The notes beneath the pieces were generated by a model. The model ran no database searches and was not told the origin of the DNA. It was given only the letters and a program-made list of their open reading frames with translations. A stretch of 63,107 nt of DNA, filler included, from Octopus bimaculoides (Eukaryota), in NCBI RefSeq assembly GCF_001194135.2. It is 8 parts of 8 records of this genome, joined end to end, with 100 filler letters (N's around TTAATTAATTAA, not from the genome) between each part and the next. Parts side by side here need not be neighbours in the genome. Positions count along the whole stretch, not along the records: positions 48,743 to 54,635 come from NC_068993.1; positions 54,736 to 61,310 come from NC_068981.1; positions 61,411 to 63,107 come from NW_026331686.1; 5 more parts are not named here. One strand, 5' to 3'. A program made the translations under genes and the position numbers. Of the stretch, positions 52,571 to 63,107 are shown piece after piece. How positions within the stretch are numbered: the stretch's first letter is position 1; each line of letters starts with the position of its first letter.

Positions 52571-53051
52571 AACAACAAACAAAATGAGGACAAAATCCGT
52601 CAAAATGTAAATAATGTAAATAATGTACATAATTGCTCATCTCTTAAATATAGAACTGTATGTTCATATATATCTAAATGATAAACTTCTGGAAAGTTTT
52701 ACAGATTTTTACAGTTCCAGCGATGGATTGGATCTGTAGTCTTCGAATTAGCTTTCTGTCTGTCTGTCTGTCTGTTTGTATATATAAAACCTCTGACATT
52801 TTCGACGATGAATTTTTCATTTGTTCAATCAACTGAACTACCTTTAAATGTTGTGACTGAATATACCAGATATACTTGCAACTCTCAATGTTATTCTTAG
52901 GTAGAATCAGTGTGATGCAGTATATGTCGAGGTTCCCAGAGTTTCCACCCCTTCCATTTCACCCAAAAGACTTGGGTCGACTCTAAATTCCAACAAAACA
53001 AAACAAAAAAAAATGAAACAAACACAAAGAAAAACGAAGGAAAAAAATATT

Positions 53052-53224
53052 AGGCGTAGGAGTGGCTGTGTGGTAAGTAGCTTGCCTACCAGCCACATGG
53101 TTCCGGGTTCAGTCCCACTGCGTGGCACCTTGCGTAAGTATTTCTACTATAACCTCGGGCCGACCAAAACCTTGTGAGTGGATTTGGTAGACGGAAACTG
53201 AAAGAAGCCCGTCGCGTATATATA
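53052..53224 (+). mobile_element. SINE family A, 5' half, ending in a gap at its internal microsatellite
   Basis: AGGCGTAGGAGTGGCTGTGTGGTAAGTAGC...GAAAGAAGCCCGTCG(TA)n. Confidence 0.9.
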
Positions 53225-54240
53225 NNNNNNNNNNNNNNNNNNNNNNNNNNNNNNNNNNNNNNNNNNNNNNNNNNNNNNNNNNNNNNNNNNNNNNNNNNNN
53301 NNNNNNNNNNNNNNNNNNNNNNNNNNNNNNNNNNNNNNNNNNNNNNNNNNNNNNNNNNNNNNNNNNNNNNNNNNNNNNNNNNNNNNNNNNNNNNNNNNNN
53401 NNNNNNNNNNNNNNNNNNNNNNNNNNNNNNNNNNNNNNNNNNNNNNNNNNNNNNNNNNNNNNNNNNNNNNNNNNNNNNNNNNNNNNNNNNNNNNNNNNNN
53501 NNNNNNNNNNNNNNNNNNNNNNNNNNNNNNNNNNNNNNNNNNNNNNNNNNNNNNNNNNNNNNNNNNNNNNNNNNNNNNNNNNNNNNNNNNNNNNNNNNNN
53601 NNNNNNNNNNNNNNNNNNNNNNNNNNNNNNNNNNNNNNNNNNNNNNNNNNNNNNNNNNNNNNNNNNNNNNNNNNNNNNNNNNNNNNNNNNNNNNNNNNNN
53701 NNNNNNNNNNNNNNNNNNNNNNNNNNNNNNNNNNNNNNNNNNNNNNNNNGACGGCGAGACTGATGGCGATGATGTCGGTGGTGTCCACAGTCGTCTGGTG
53801 CGGACTGGGAGACTTGATGCGGCGGGGAGGAAGTTTATATTGCAGCGTCGACGGGGATTTCTCTGCTGACAGTAAAAATGGTAGTGGTGGTGGTGGTATC
53901 GCTTATGTAGTAGTTGTATCATGGCTTTGTCGGTGGTTGTCTAATGGTGGTGGTGGTGGTGGTGGCATCGGCGGCGAAGGCAGCAGCGGCGATGGTGCTG
54001 ATGGTGGTGGTTGGTTGTTAGCCTGGTTGTTCAGCATCAAGATCGAACAGGAACGCGAAACAACGGAATTTCCAGCGGCGACCATCACGTCATCATCTTT
54101 TCAGGCAGGCACCGTCTATCTAGGACCACATTATCTAATGTATCTGGCCTGATTTTAAACAGTTAGGGTCTGTTTTTAACAAAGATTTAGCTGCTTTTAC
54201 TAGCAAATCAAGCGACCACATACAGCATCCTCGTTTGCTT

Positions 54241-54635
54241 GTGGTTGTGATAGTAGTGTCGGCGGTTGTAGAAGTGGTATTTGTACTTGGATTGTGGCCG
54301 TGATAGTAGTTGTTATAGTTGTGTTGATCATAATAGTAGTTGTGGTGGTTGTGTCGTTTGTGATAGCAGTGTCGGTTGTAGTAGCAGTGGTGGTACTTGT
54401 TTGGGTTGTGGTGGTACTGGTTTGGGTTGTGGTGGTGATGGTGGTTGTTATGGCTGTGTTAGTCGTAATGGTAGTTGTGGTGGTTGTAGTGGTAGTGGTT
54501 GCTGTGGTGGTGGTTGTGTTGTTTCTGATAGCAGTGTCGGTTGTAGTAGCGATGGTGGTACTGGTTTGGGTTGTAGTGGTGATGGTGGTTGTTATGGCTG
54601 TGTTGATCATAATAGTAGTTGTGGTGGTGGTTGTG
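54241..54635. repeat. Triplet-based minisatellite with higher-order units (about 115-165 bp)
   Basis: GATAGCAGTGTCGGTTGTAGTAGC and GTGTTGATCATAATAGTAGTTGTGGTGGTTGTG each recur; the minus strand reads Thr-rich. Confidence 0.8.
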
Positions 54636-54735
54636 NNNNNNNNNNNNNNNNNNNNNNNNNNNNNNNNNNNNNNNNNNNNTTAATTAATTAANNNNNNNNN
54701 NNNNNNNNNNNNNNNNNNNNNNNNNNNNNNNNNNN

Positions 54736-54768
<33 letters not shown>

Positions 54769-55434
54769 CATATATAAACATATATAGATTTCTGTGCGTG
54801 TGGCTGTGGATGTGGGTGGGTGTGATGTAGGCATATTTAAGTTATATTTAACATTTGATAGGGTAAGCTTCAAAAATCTAATTAGAAATATTTATGCGCT
54901 GAAGATAAGACATTAGCTCGATTACTAAGACTGCTTTAATCATTTCAGTAAGTAATTACCGAGGTATTGATGATCGAATTATTAAGTAGATATACAATTT
55001 GCGCATGAGTTCGTGTAAAAAGAAAAAATTAGCATATTAAAAAAAATCGATCACAGAGGTTAATTACTCAGAGGCGCCATGCATATGAAAAACAATAGTT
55101 AAGTTTGTGAGTATGAAAAATCTAATTAGAAAGTATTTCTAATTAAATTTTTGATGCTCGCTACATTAAATATATTAACAATAGATTAACTATTGTTCTT
55201 TATGTGGAAGGTTGAGTCTTTAGTGTGTGTGTCTTTTCCTGCGTGTATGTGTCTGTGTGTTTGTGTATATATACGTGTGTGTGTGTATACACGCATAGTA
55301 TATGTTTGTGTGTATGTGTGTGTTTTCTTGGGTACATGCGTGTCTATACATATTTATATCGATATATGTTTTATATATTTATGTACATATATATATTTAT
55401 ATGTACGTGCAATTAGAGATGAATATGTGTGTGT

Positions 55435-55475
<41 letters not shown>

Positions 55476-55626
55476 GATGTACATATATATATATACATAC
55501 ATATATATAAATACATATATACATATATATGTATATACATATATATACATTATATATACATATATACATGTATTTATATATATATATACACATATATATA
55601 TATAATTATATATTTATACACATATG

Positions 55627-55704
<78 letters not shown>

Positions 55705-57564
55705 TTCTCTGTCTCTTGGGACTCTTCCATCGACCTGTTTGTCTCTGTGTCATATGTCACCGTTTCTTCGCTTTGTTTCTCACCGAGACTTTTTCCCATT
55801 CATCTACGTGTCAATATCACAAACTGAACCCGTTTGTTGCCCTACCTCTTTCTTCTTTCATTCACTCTTTCTATCTTTCATTTTCTCACCCTTATTTTTT
55901 TTTTCCCCAGCTCTCTTCGTGTCAAAAGAATACTAAAAAGATTTTTTTAAGATAACTTCCATTCGAAGACAAGTTCATGCGTCAAGATGTATACCATCTC
56001 GTCCATTCGATTCTTTTTAGTTTTATCCCGATATCTTTTTTCACTCCATCTCATTCTCTATCTCCATCTGCCTCTTACTCTCACACTCACTCCCATTCTC
56101 TGTTTCCGTCTTCCTTTCTCTCTCTCTCACTCTCTCTGACTGTCGGTCGGTCTGTCTGTCTGTCTGTCTGTCTGTCTCCCTTCCCCTCCCTCTCTTAAAC
56201 ACATACACACTTTTATGTCTTGTTTATTTCATTGTCACCCATAATTTTTACTTTCTAATTCCATAAGGGTATACGCTACAAATGACAGAGCAATAAAATT
56301 CAGGATTTTTGTAATGAGTAAAAAATGTATATTCTATAGATATTCTTCGTTACTGTTAAATTTAAAATTCAAATTTCTAACCCCGTCATAGTTTAAGACT
56401 TATGACTTAAATCTCTCACAAGATCTGCCACGGTACGTTTGTATTTTATATCGCAATTTGTGTACAATACTTTCGATAGTTACAAATTTCCAACAGCCCA
56501 ATCACTTGTTTCTTTCATTTAGATCAGCGAGAGTGACATGAATACGTATGTAACTAGATTCCATATATCACGGCGGACTTCGTTTCTAACGCATCCTAAT
56601 TTCGTTTCACTTGTTTATATGTTTATATCTTTCACTTACATACATTGCGAAACACACACATACACGCACACACCTCTATTGCGAGCTCTACCAAACGCTT
56701 GCCCGGAAAATAATTTTTATATATACGTGCTGTGTCACAGACATAGAAAATTTTTGTTTCTTCCTAAGGCGAGAAACACCATTCTATATTAAGTCATGCG
56801 ACATTGTATTTGTTTCATCGTAGGATGAATTGTTCCATATTTTATCTGTCGAAATTGCAATGAGTCTAACATAACACGGCTGATGAGGAGTAGTGAGGTA
56901 TTTTCCTGACTGACTTTTCTCCGTTCTTTGTCAATTGTTATCACACACAGCACACAGACTTTATTTTTCATCTTAATTGATTCGCTTCGCCAATGTTATA
57001 TATACCTTATCTTTTTCTCCTTTTATCTTTCACTTTCTCCCTTTCTGTCTCTCAGAATTACTCTTTTTATAAGAAAAATAAAATACATTTTTATAAGTAA
57101 AAAAATACTCAAGTCATAAATTCCACAAACCTTAATTTTAAGAGTAAATTCGTGGAATATCTTTTGGGGTAAGTCGTTTGAGTCATGCAAAATGGGAAAA
57201 TGTACTTTTCAGTGGAAATGCGAGCAAGTAAAACCAACCGCTCTTGAGCCATTGTGAAACTTTAAAATTATCGAATACTGTCCGAGGCTCGAAAGCTACA
57301 TACATTTCCAACCTATGTTGCAAGTATGGTCAACATAGGTTGAGTTGGTGTAACAGTTTCAGATAATTTCTCAAGCAAGAAACTCATTTTACAGAGTAAT
57401 TCTAAAATGGTCTTGCTTGACTTTCACTTTTTGAAGTGACTGACATTATAAATATACCTGGCCTCATTTACCATGAATTTTTAATTAAACATATTAGGAT
57501 ATTTATGTAGCAGATCGTCTATATGTTGCATAGACAATGTATTGCATCGTATAGTGCAAAATAT

Positions 57565-57750
57565 TGATTCCAAATTTTGGCACAAGACCAGCAACTTTGG
57601 CGAAGGGGACAAGTCGACTATATCAACCCAATATTCAACTGGTACTTATTGTATAGACCCCGAAAGGTATTTGAATTAGGAAAGTAAAGACAAATGAAAT
57701 GCTGCTAAGCTTTTTTCCCGGCGTGCTTACGATTCTGCTAGCTCACAGCC
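57565..57750 (-). mobile_element. SINE family C with an internal deletion
   Basis: TTCCAAATTTTGGCACAAGACCAGC...GTGCTTACGATTCTGCTAGCTC. Confidence 0.8.
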
Positions 57751-58590
57751 TTCAAGTAGTCCAAAATATTAAAAAATCCACAATATGAGCAAATCACTCC
57801 TTCACTGATAGAAAGAGGATTTAAATTATGGTTAATTTGCTTTTCTCTCGTTCTTTTTTTGTGGGAGAAAGATCCAAGTCATCAAAGTCGAAAGTGCTTT
57901 CACGGTGTACATCATTACAATGGTTTTTCAAAGTATTGAATAAAATCATTTATTTTATCCTGCGCATATTTTTAAGTCGAGCTGCTTACTCTGTAGAATA
58001 TCAAATAGTCTCTCTCAGCTTGCAACAGTATGGTATTAAAACATTTATGAATAACATGAAAGTGAAGGCATTCAATTTTACCAATAGATTATCGGTCTCA
58101 ATGAGTGTCTCTCCATCCTGCTTTTTATTGAAATGCCTTTTTCAAGTTTTCATGCAATATTTTTATGGCTGGCACAGTTCTGAGTCTATAGCACCAACTT
58201 GCGTCGTCGCATAGTGATGAAATACTGATATTAAAATCTCTAAAGATATTTTCTCACTTTGTACTCAAATATGTAAATTTTTAAAGCCGCGTAAATGCGA
58301 CAAAAATGTTTTAACTCATTATCTTTCTCAACTCTTCTACACAAGACTAAGTTAAATTTATGAGGGTAATAATGAATAAAATCTGCACATTTAAATCCTT
58401 CAGTTTTGTTTGAGTCACGTGTAGTTCATCTGCCAACACATTTGCTCGAATCTACGTTTGGCTAATCAGTTTAGCTTTAGCAACATGGAAGGAGTTCAAG
58501 ACATATTCTGTAACGTCAGCTAACTTCGATGTACTTTTATTATTACTTCTGTCATAAAAAATTTAAATCTTTCATTTATTTTACTTTCAG

Positions 58591-58632
58591 TTATATACTT
58601 AACAATAGTAGAAACTAGTCTTGCACTGCACG
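58591..58632 (+). other. Candidate 42-nt micro-exon
   Basis: Acceptor TTTCATTTATTTTACTTTCAG; donor ACG|GTAAGT; only one open frame (IYLTIVETSLALH), which would be phase 1 at both ends. Confidence 0.3.
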
Positions 58633-59079
58633 GTAAGTAGTCTTGCCTGCATCCACTACAATAAGCACTTTCAACTTCAAATTGAATTAATTGTAACTAC
58701 ATTATCAATTGCAGAAATAATGCCGTTTTGTATTGCACTTGAAACTTAGTAGTAAGTATTGGTACAAAATCGCAATCCATTTCATCAAAGCAGTGCTACA
58801 ACCTACGAAAATTACCTTTGTTAAGTCTATCATTTGCGTCACCACGCAAAAGTAGCTCCTGTTAGAAATGATATCGTACATTAAATGCTTTAAATATTCC
58901 GTTTATATAAACTGGCAATATGACCATCCCCAAGCTTTAAATATTGTTTTCCCTTTTCTACTAATGCAGTGTGTCTCAAAATGGAAAGTGGAAAATTTTA
59001 CATTTTTACTGGCAGGAGTAGTAGGGGTGACAGATGTATTAGTACGATGTATTAGTATTTGACCCTATTTAAATATTCT

Positions 59080-59890
59080 TTTCTACTTTAGGCACAAGGC
59101 CCAAAATTTTGGGAGAAGGGGCCAGTCGATAAGATCGACCCCAGTATGCAAATGGTACTTAATTTATCGACTCCGAAAGGATGAAAGGCAAAATCGAATT
59201 TGACGGAAATTGAACTCAGAATGTAAAGATAGACGAAATACCGCAAAGAATTTCGCCCGGCGTGCTAACGTTTCTTATTTCTTTACTGCCCACATGGGGC
59301 TAAACATAGAGGGGGACAAACAAGGACAAACAAAGAGATTAAGTCGATTACATCAACCACAGTGCGTAACTGGTACTTAATTTATCGACCCCGAAAGGAT
59401 GAAAGGCGAAATCGACCTCGACGGAATTTGAACTCAGAACATAAAGACAGACGAAATACCGCCAAGCATTTCGCCCGGTGTGCTAACGTTTCTGCCAGCT
59501 CGCCACCTTGACCCCTACTTAAATATTAACTTTAGAATAATGGTATTATGATAAACTAAGGCGGCGAGACTTTGCCTTTCATCCTTTCGGGGTCGATAAA
59601 TTAATTACCAGTTACGCACTGGGGTCGATGTAATCGACTTTACTACCTTTGTCTTTCCTTGTTTATCCCCTCTATGTTTAGCACCTTGTGGGCAGAAAAG
59701 GAATAAGAATCGTTAGCACGCCTGGCAAAATGCTTGGTGGTGTTAACGTTCTGAGTTCAAATTCCGCCGAGGTCGACTTTGAGTTTCATCCTTTTGGTGT
59801 TGATAAAATAAGTACCAGCCGTGTACCGGGGTCGATGTAATCGACTTTCTCCTTCCCCGAACTTGCTGGCATTGAGCCAAACTTTGAAAC
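59080..59890. mobile_element. Two dimeric SINE C elements head-to-head (59080-59510 minus; 59558-59890 plus)
   Basis: In each, a monomer with tail ...CCCCTCTATGTTTAGC...GTGGGCAG...AATAAGAA is joined to a headless second monomer. Confidence 0.85.
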
Positions 59891-60571
59891 CAATATTACC
59901 AATATTACTACTTGATAACCGCAAAGACGGCAATAACGTTAACAACATCAACGTTAGTAAATTAAATTTAATAACACCTTTACTTATAGTGTTCATTTAT
60001 AGTATGACGATGCTGCAGTCACCGCGTCAAACTAGAACCCGGAACTAAATTTCTCTGGCCTGATATTATGTACCTTTTTAATGTATACACATTAAAAGGG
60101 GACGTCGAATCGCAGTAATGAGGCGTTAAAAGGCGGCAGTTAATGTTATGCTGTTCTTCCACAAGACTTACAGACTCATTGATACTACTGCTATGTTACA
60201 CATATCAAATGTTTTAAAACATTGATGATACGTTAAATGACTTATAATTTAGAAAGATATTTGAAGTCATTCAGAATATGTTAATAATTACAACCACCAA
60301 CACAACGAGCGTGCGGTTGACCTGATTAACGTTAAAAAAGCAAGCTTGATCATCAATACACGCTTTTCTCAGAATATACACAAAGACAATCAAACTTTTC
60401 CTACCATTTTATTTGAAACAATTGTATAACTACTTAATTTTTCAGTAGCAGAATAGTTAGTCCGGATTTTATAGTTATACGATCAGTCCAAATAACTTTC
60501 TTTTAGCTCTAACACTATACTGGTCTTCATTTTACGTATACATACATACACAAATACACACAAATATATAC

Positions 60572-60643
<72 letters not shown>

Positions 60644-60644
60644 A

Positions 60645-60935
60645 GGAGGCGCAATGGCCCAGTGGTTAGGGCAGTGGACTCGCGGTCGGAGGATCGCGGT
60701 TTCGATTCCCAAACCGGGCGTTGTGTGTGTTAATTGAGCGAAAACAACTAAAGCACCACGAGGCTCCGGCAGTGGGTGGTGGTGACCCCTGTTGTACTCT
60801 TTCGCCTCAACGTTCTCTGACTCTTCCTGTTTTTTGAGTAACGCTGCGATGGACTGGTGTCCCGTCCAGCTGGGTGAAACACATACGCCAAACAAACCGG
60901 GCTCATGAGCCTGGCTAGGCTTGAAAAGGGCGCAT
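60645..60935 (+). mobile_element. SINE family B variant with a different 3' end
   Basis: GGAGGCGCAATGGCCCAGTGGTTAGGG...GTTTCGATTCCC; the 3' end resembles 20760-20840. Confidence 0.85.
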
Positions 60936-60979
60936 AAATAAAAAATAAATGAATATATATAGTCTATATATTTTTTTCC

Positions 60980-61172
60980 TTATTTGTTTCAGTCATTTGA
61001 CTACGGCCATGCTAGAGCACGTCCTTTAGTCGGACATGTCGACCCCGAGACTTATTTTTTGTAATCCTAGTACTTACTTTATCGGTGTCTTTTGATGCAC
61101 CGCTACGTTACGGGGACGAAAACACACCAACGTCGGTTGTCAGGTGATGGTGAGGAGACAAATACAGACACA
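60980..61172 (-). mobile_element. SINE family A, 3' half
   Basis: TTGTTTCAGTCATTTGACTACGGCCATGC...GTTACGGGGACGAAAACACACC. Confidence 0.8.
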
Positions 61173-61187
61173 CAAACATATTCAAAT

Positions 61188-61226
<39 letters not shown>

Positions 61227-61410
61227 TATGCATACATACATGCATACATATATATACATGCATACACACATACACCCATATGTAAATCAATGAGTTGCAT
61301 ATTCGCAGTTNNNNNNNNNNNNNNNNNNNNNNNNNNNNNNNNNNNNNNNNNNNNTTAATTAATTAANNNNNNNNNNNNNNNNNNNNNNNNNNNNNNNNNN
61401 NNNNNNNNNN

Positions 61411-61449
<39 letters not shown>

Positions 61450-61744
61450 TTTACATATAAATACCCGCTCTACTTGTTAGATCATTTTACATTCTATCAT
61501 GATTTACATATTCCTTATATTTTATGTATAAAAATCCTGAAGACCAATTTAATATCAGCGTTCGTTGCCATAGCAATCTAGCCATGCTTAACTATGTTCC
61601 AAATACTTCAGAAGTAAATAAATTGGAAGAGAAAATATAGAGACGATACTTACGCTATTAACAAGACAAACATTCTACTATACTAGTGGCTATCTATCCA
61701 AAGAATTTATACATATATATAGGCAGATATTCTTTTACTCTTTT

Positions 61745-62263
<519 letters not shown>

Positions 62264-62329
62264 ATATGTATATATGTATGTGTATATGTACATATATATT
62301 TGCATATACGTATTTATATTATAATAAAT

Positions 62330-62895
62330 GGATTCAGAGAATCGTGTGACTATTACAGAAAGCCTCTCCAACGGACTCGGCTAACAGTTAACATATTAAT
62401 GCAATACAGGAGTCTGATGCATAGTTGAAATAAAAAAAAACCATGAATGAAATTCTTTCATAGGGTGTATATAAACCATAGAATTCAGGAGGTACGAGTG
62501 GTGAATATATTTATTGAACTGCTTGGCATCCGTTAGATTACGGCCGTTTCGCAGCCTTTTTTCACGTATTACAAAAGTAGTTACGGGAAAGAGGAAACGA
62601 AACCAACAAAACAAAGATTTTCTCACAAACCACTCTAGTAGTGAGTGGAGGCAAGATCAGGCGAGTATGGTGGATGATGGAGAACTTCCAATTCCAACTC
62701 ATTTAGTTTCGCCAATGTCATTTTTGCCATGTGTGGTCTGGCGTTCTCTTGCAACAAGATAGGAGTGGATCTGTTGACTAATGTAGGGTGTTCTTTTTGT
62801 AATTTTCTGTACCATTTGGTCCAGTTGGTTGCAGTGTACTTCGGCCGTGAGTGAAGAGCCAGGTTTAATGAAATCATTATGGATCACACCTGTGT
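62330..62895 (-). mobile_element. mariner (DD34D-type) transposase remnant
   Basis: VIHNDFIKPGSSLTAEVHCNQLDQM... and ILLQENARPHMAKMTLAKLNELELEVLHHPPYSPDLASTHY. Confidence 0.88.
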
Positions 62896-63071
62896 CAGGC
62901 TACGAAACACACAACATCAGCTACTTTTGATGAATTTTGCTTTTTAGAATGTGTCTTCATGCGTCATCTATCTCCTACAAAATGACCATCCCGAAATACA
63001 AAAATGTATGAATGCATGTATGTATGTCTGTATGTATACATGCGTGTGTGTGTATAAATATATATATATAT

Positions 63072-63107
63072 AGGCGCAGGGGTGGCTGTGTGGTAAGTAG
63101 CTTGCTT
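63072..63107 (+). mobile_element. SINE family A head, cut by the window edge
   Basis: AGGCGCAGGGGTGGCTGTGTGGTAAGTAGCTTGCTT. Confidence 0.85.

Larger units (their letters stand above)
52180..52625. mobile_element. Palindromic element: inverted HHR-bearing arm, TGCCC-AC-GGGCA axis, tRNA-like head, (AAT)n, HHR-bearing arm
   Basis: 52180-52335 is approximately the reverse complement of 52465-52620. A box TGGCGTAGTGG at 52378-52388; B box GTTCGATTCC at 52423-52432. Confidence 0.85.

Noticed and set aside
57780-58220. Possible degraded mariner N-terminus on the minus strand
   Set aside because: Only isolated motif fragments are visible; no continuous alignment.
22658-61410. TTAATTAATTAA recurring at 22702, 26720, 31879, 40391, 48687, 54680 and 61355
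   Set aside because: Each sits between 44-N runs (44+12+44=100) and has stops in all six frames. It is a scaffolding spacer, not a biological motif.

Overview
AT-rich, gap-ridden eukaryotic DNA made almost entirely of repeats. The SINE, LINE and microsatellite content looks like an octopod cephalopod (Octopus-like); this is inferred from remembered repeat families, not from a database search. I found no complete host gene, rRNA, genuine tRNA gene or CRISPR array. Contents: three tRNA-headed SINE groups (called A, B and C here); remnants of RTE LINEs, RLE-type (R4/Dong-like) LINEs, Penelope-like elements (PLEs) and Tc1/mariner transposases; many microsatellites; and seven artificial 44N-TTAATTAATTAA-44N linkers. 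The most interesting signal is a set of minimal type I hammerhead ribozyme (HHR) folds from several unrelated repeat families, most with short or palindromic stem III. They include a G3:C8-swapped core (9962-10017, -), a U6 core with an extra A (35559-35594, +) and a near-canonical copy (7358-7427, +). One family joins a tRNA-like Pol III promoter, an (AAT)n tract and an HHR. It occurs 24 bp after a Penelope GIY-YIG stop codon (12363-12577) and again as a palindrome with two HHR arms (52180-52625). Other candidates are a spliced gene 5' end (26776-27086, -), a 42-nt micro-exon (58591-58632, +), SINE C copies joined at a fixed site in their own head, and RLE LINEs stacked on SINE-tail (ATT)n tracts. 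All calls were made by eye, and many boundaries are approximate (about 10-20 bp).
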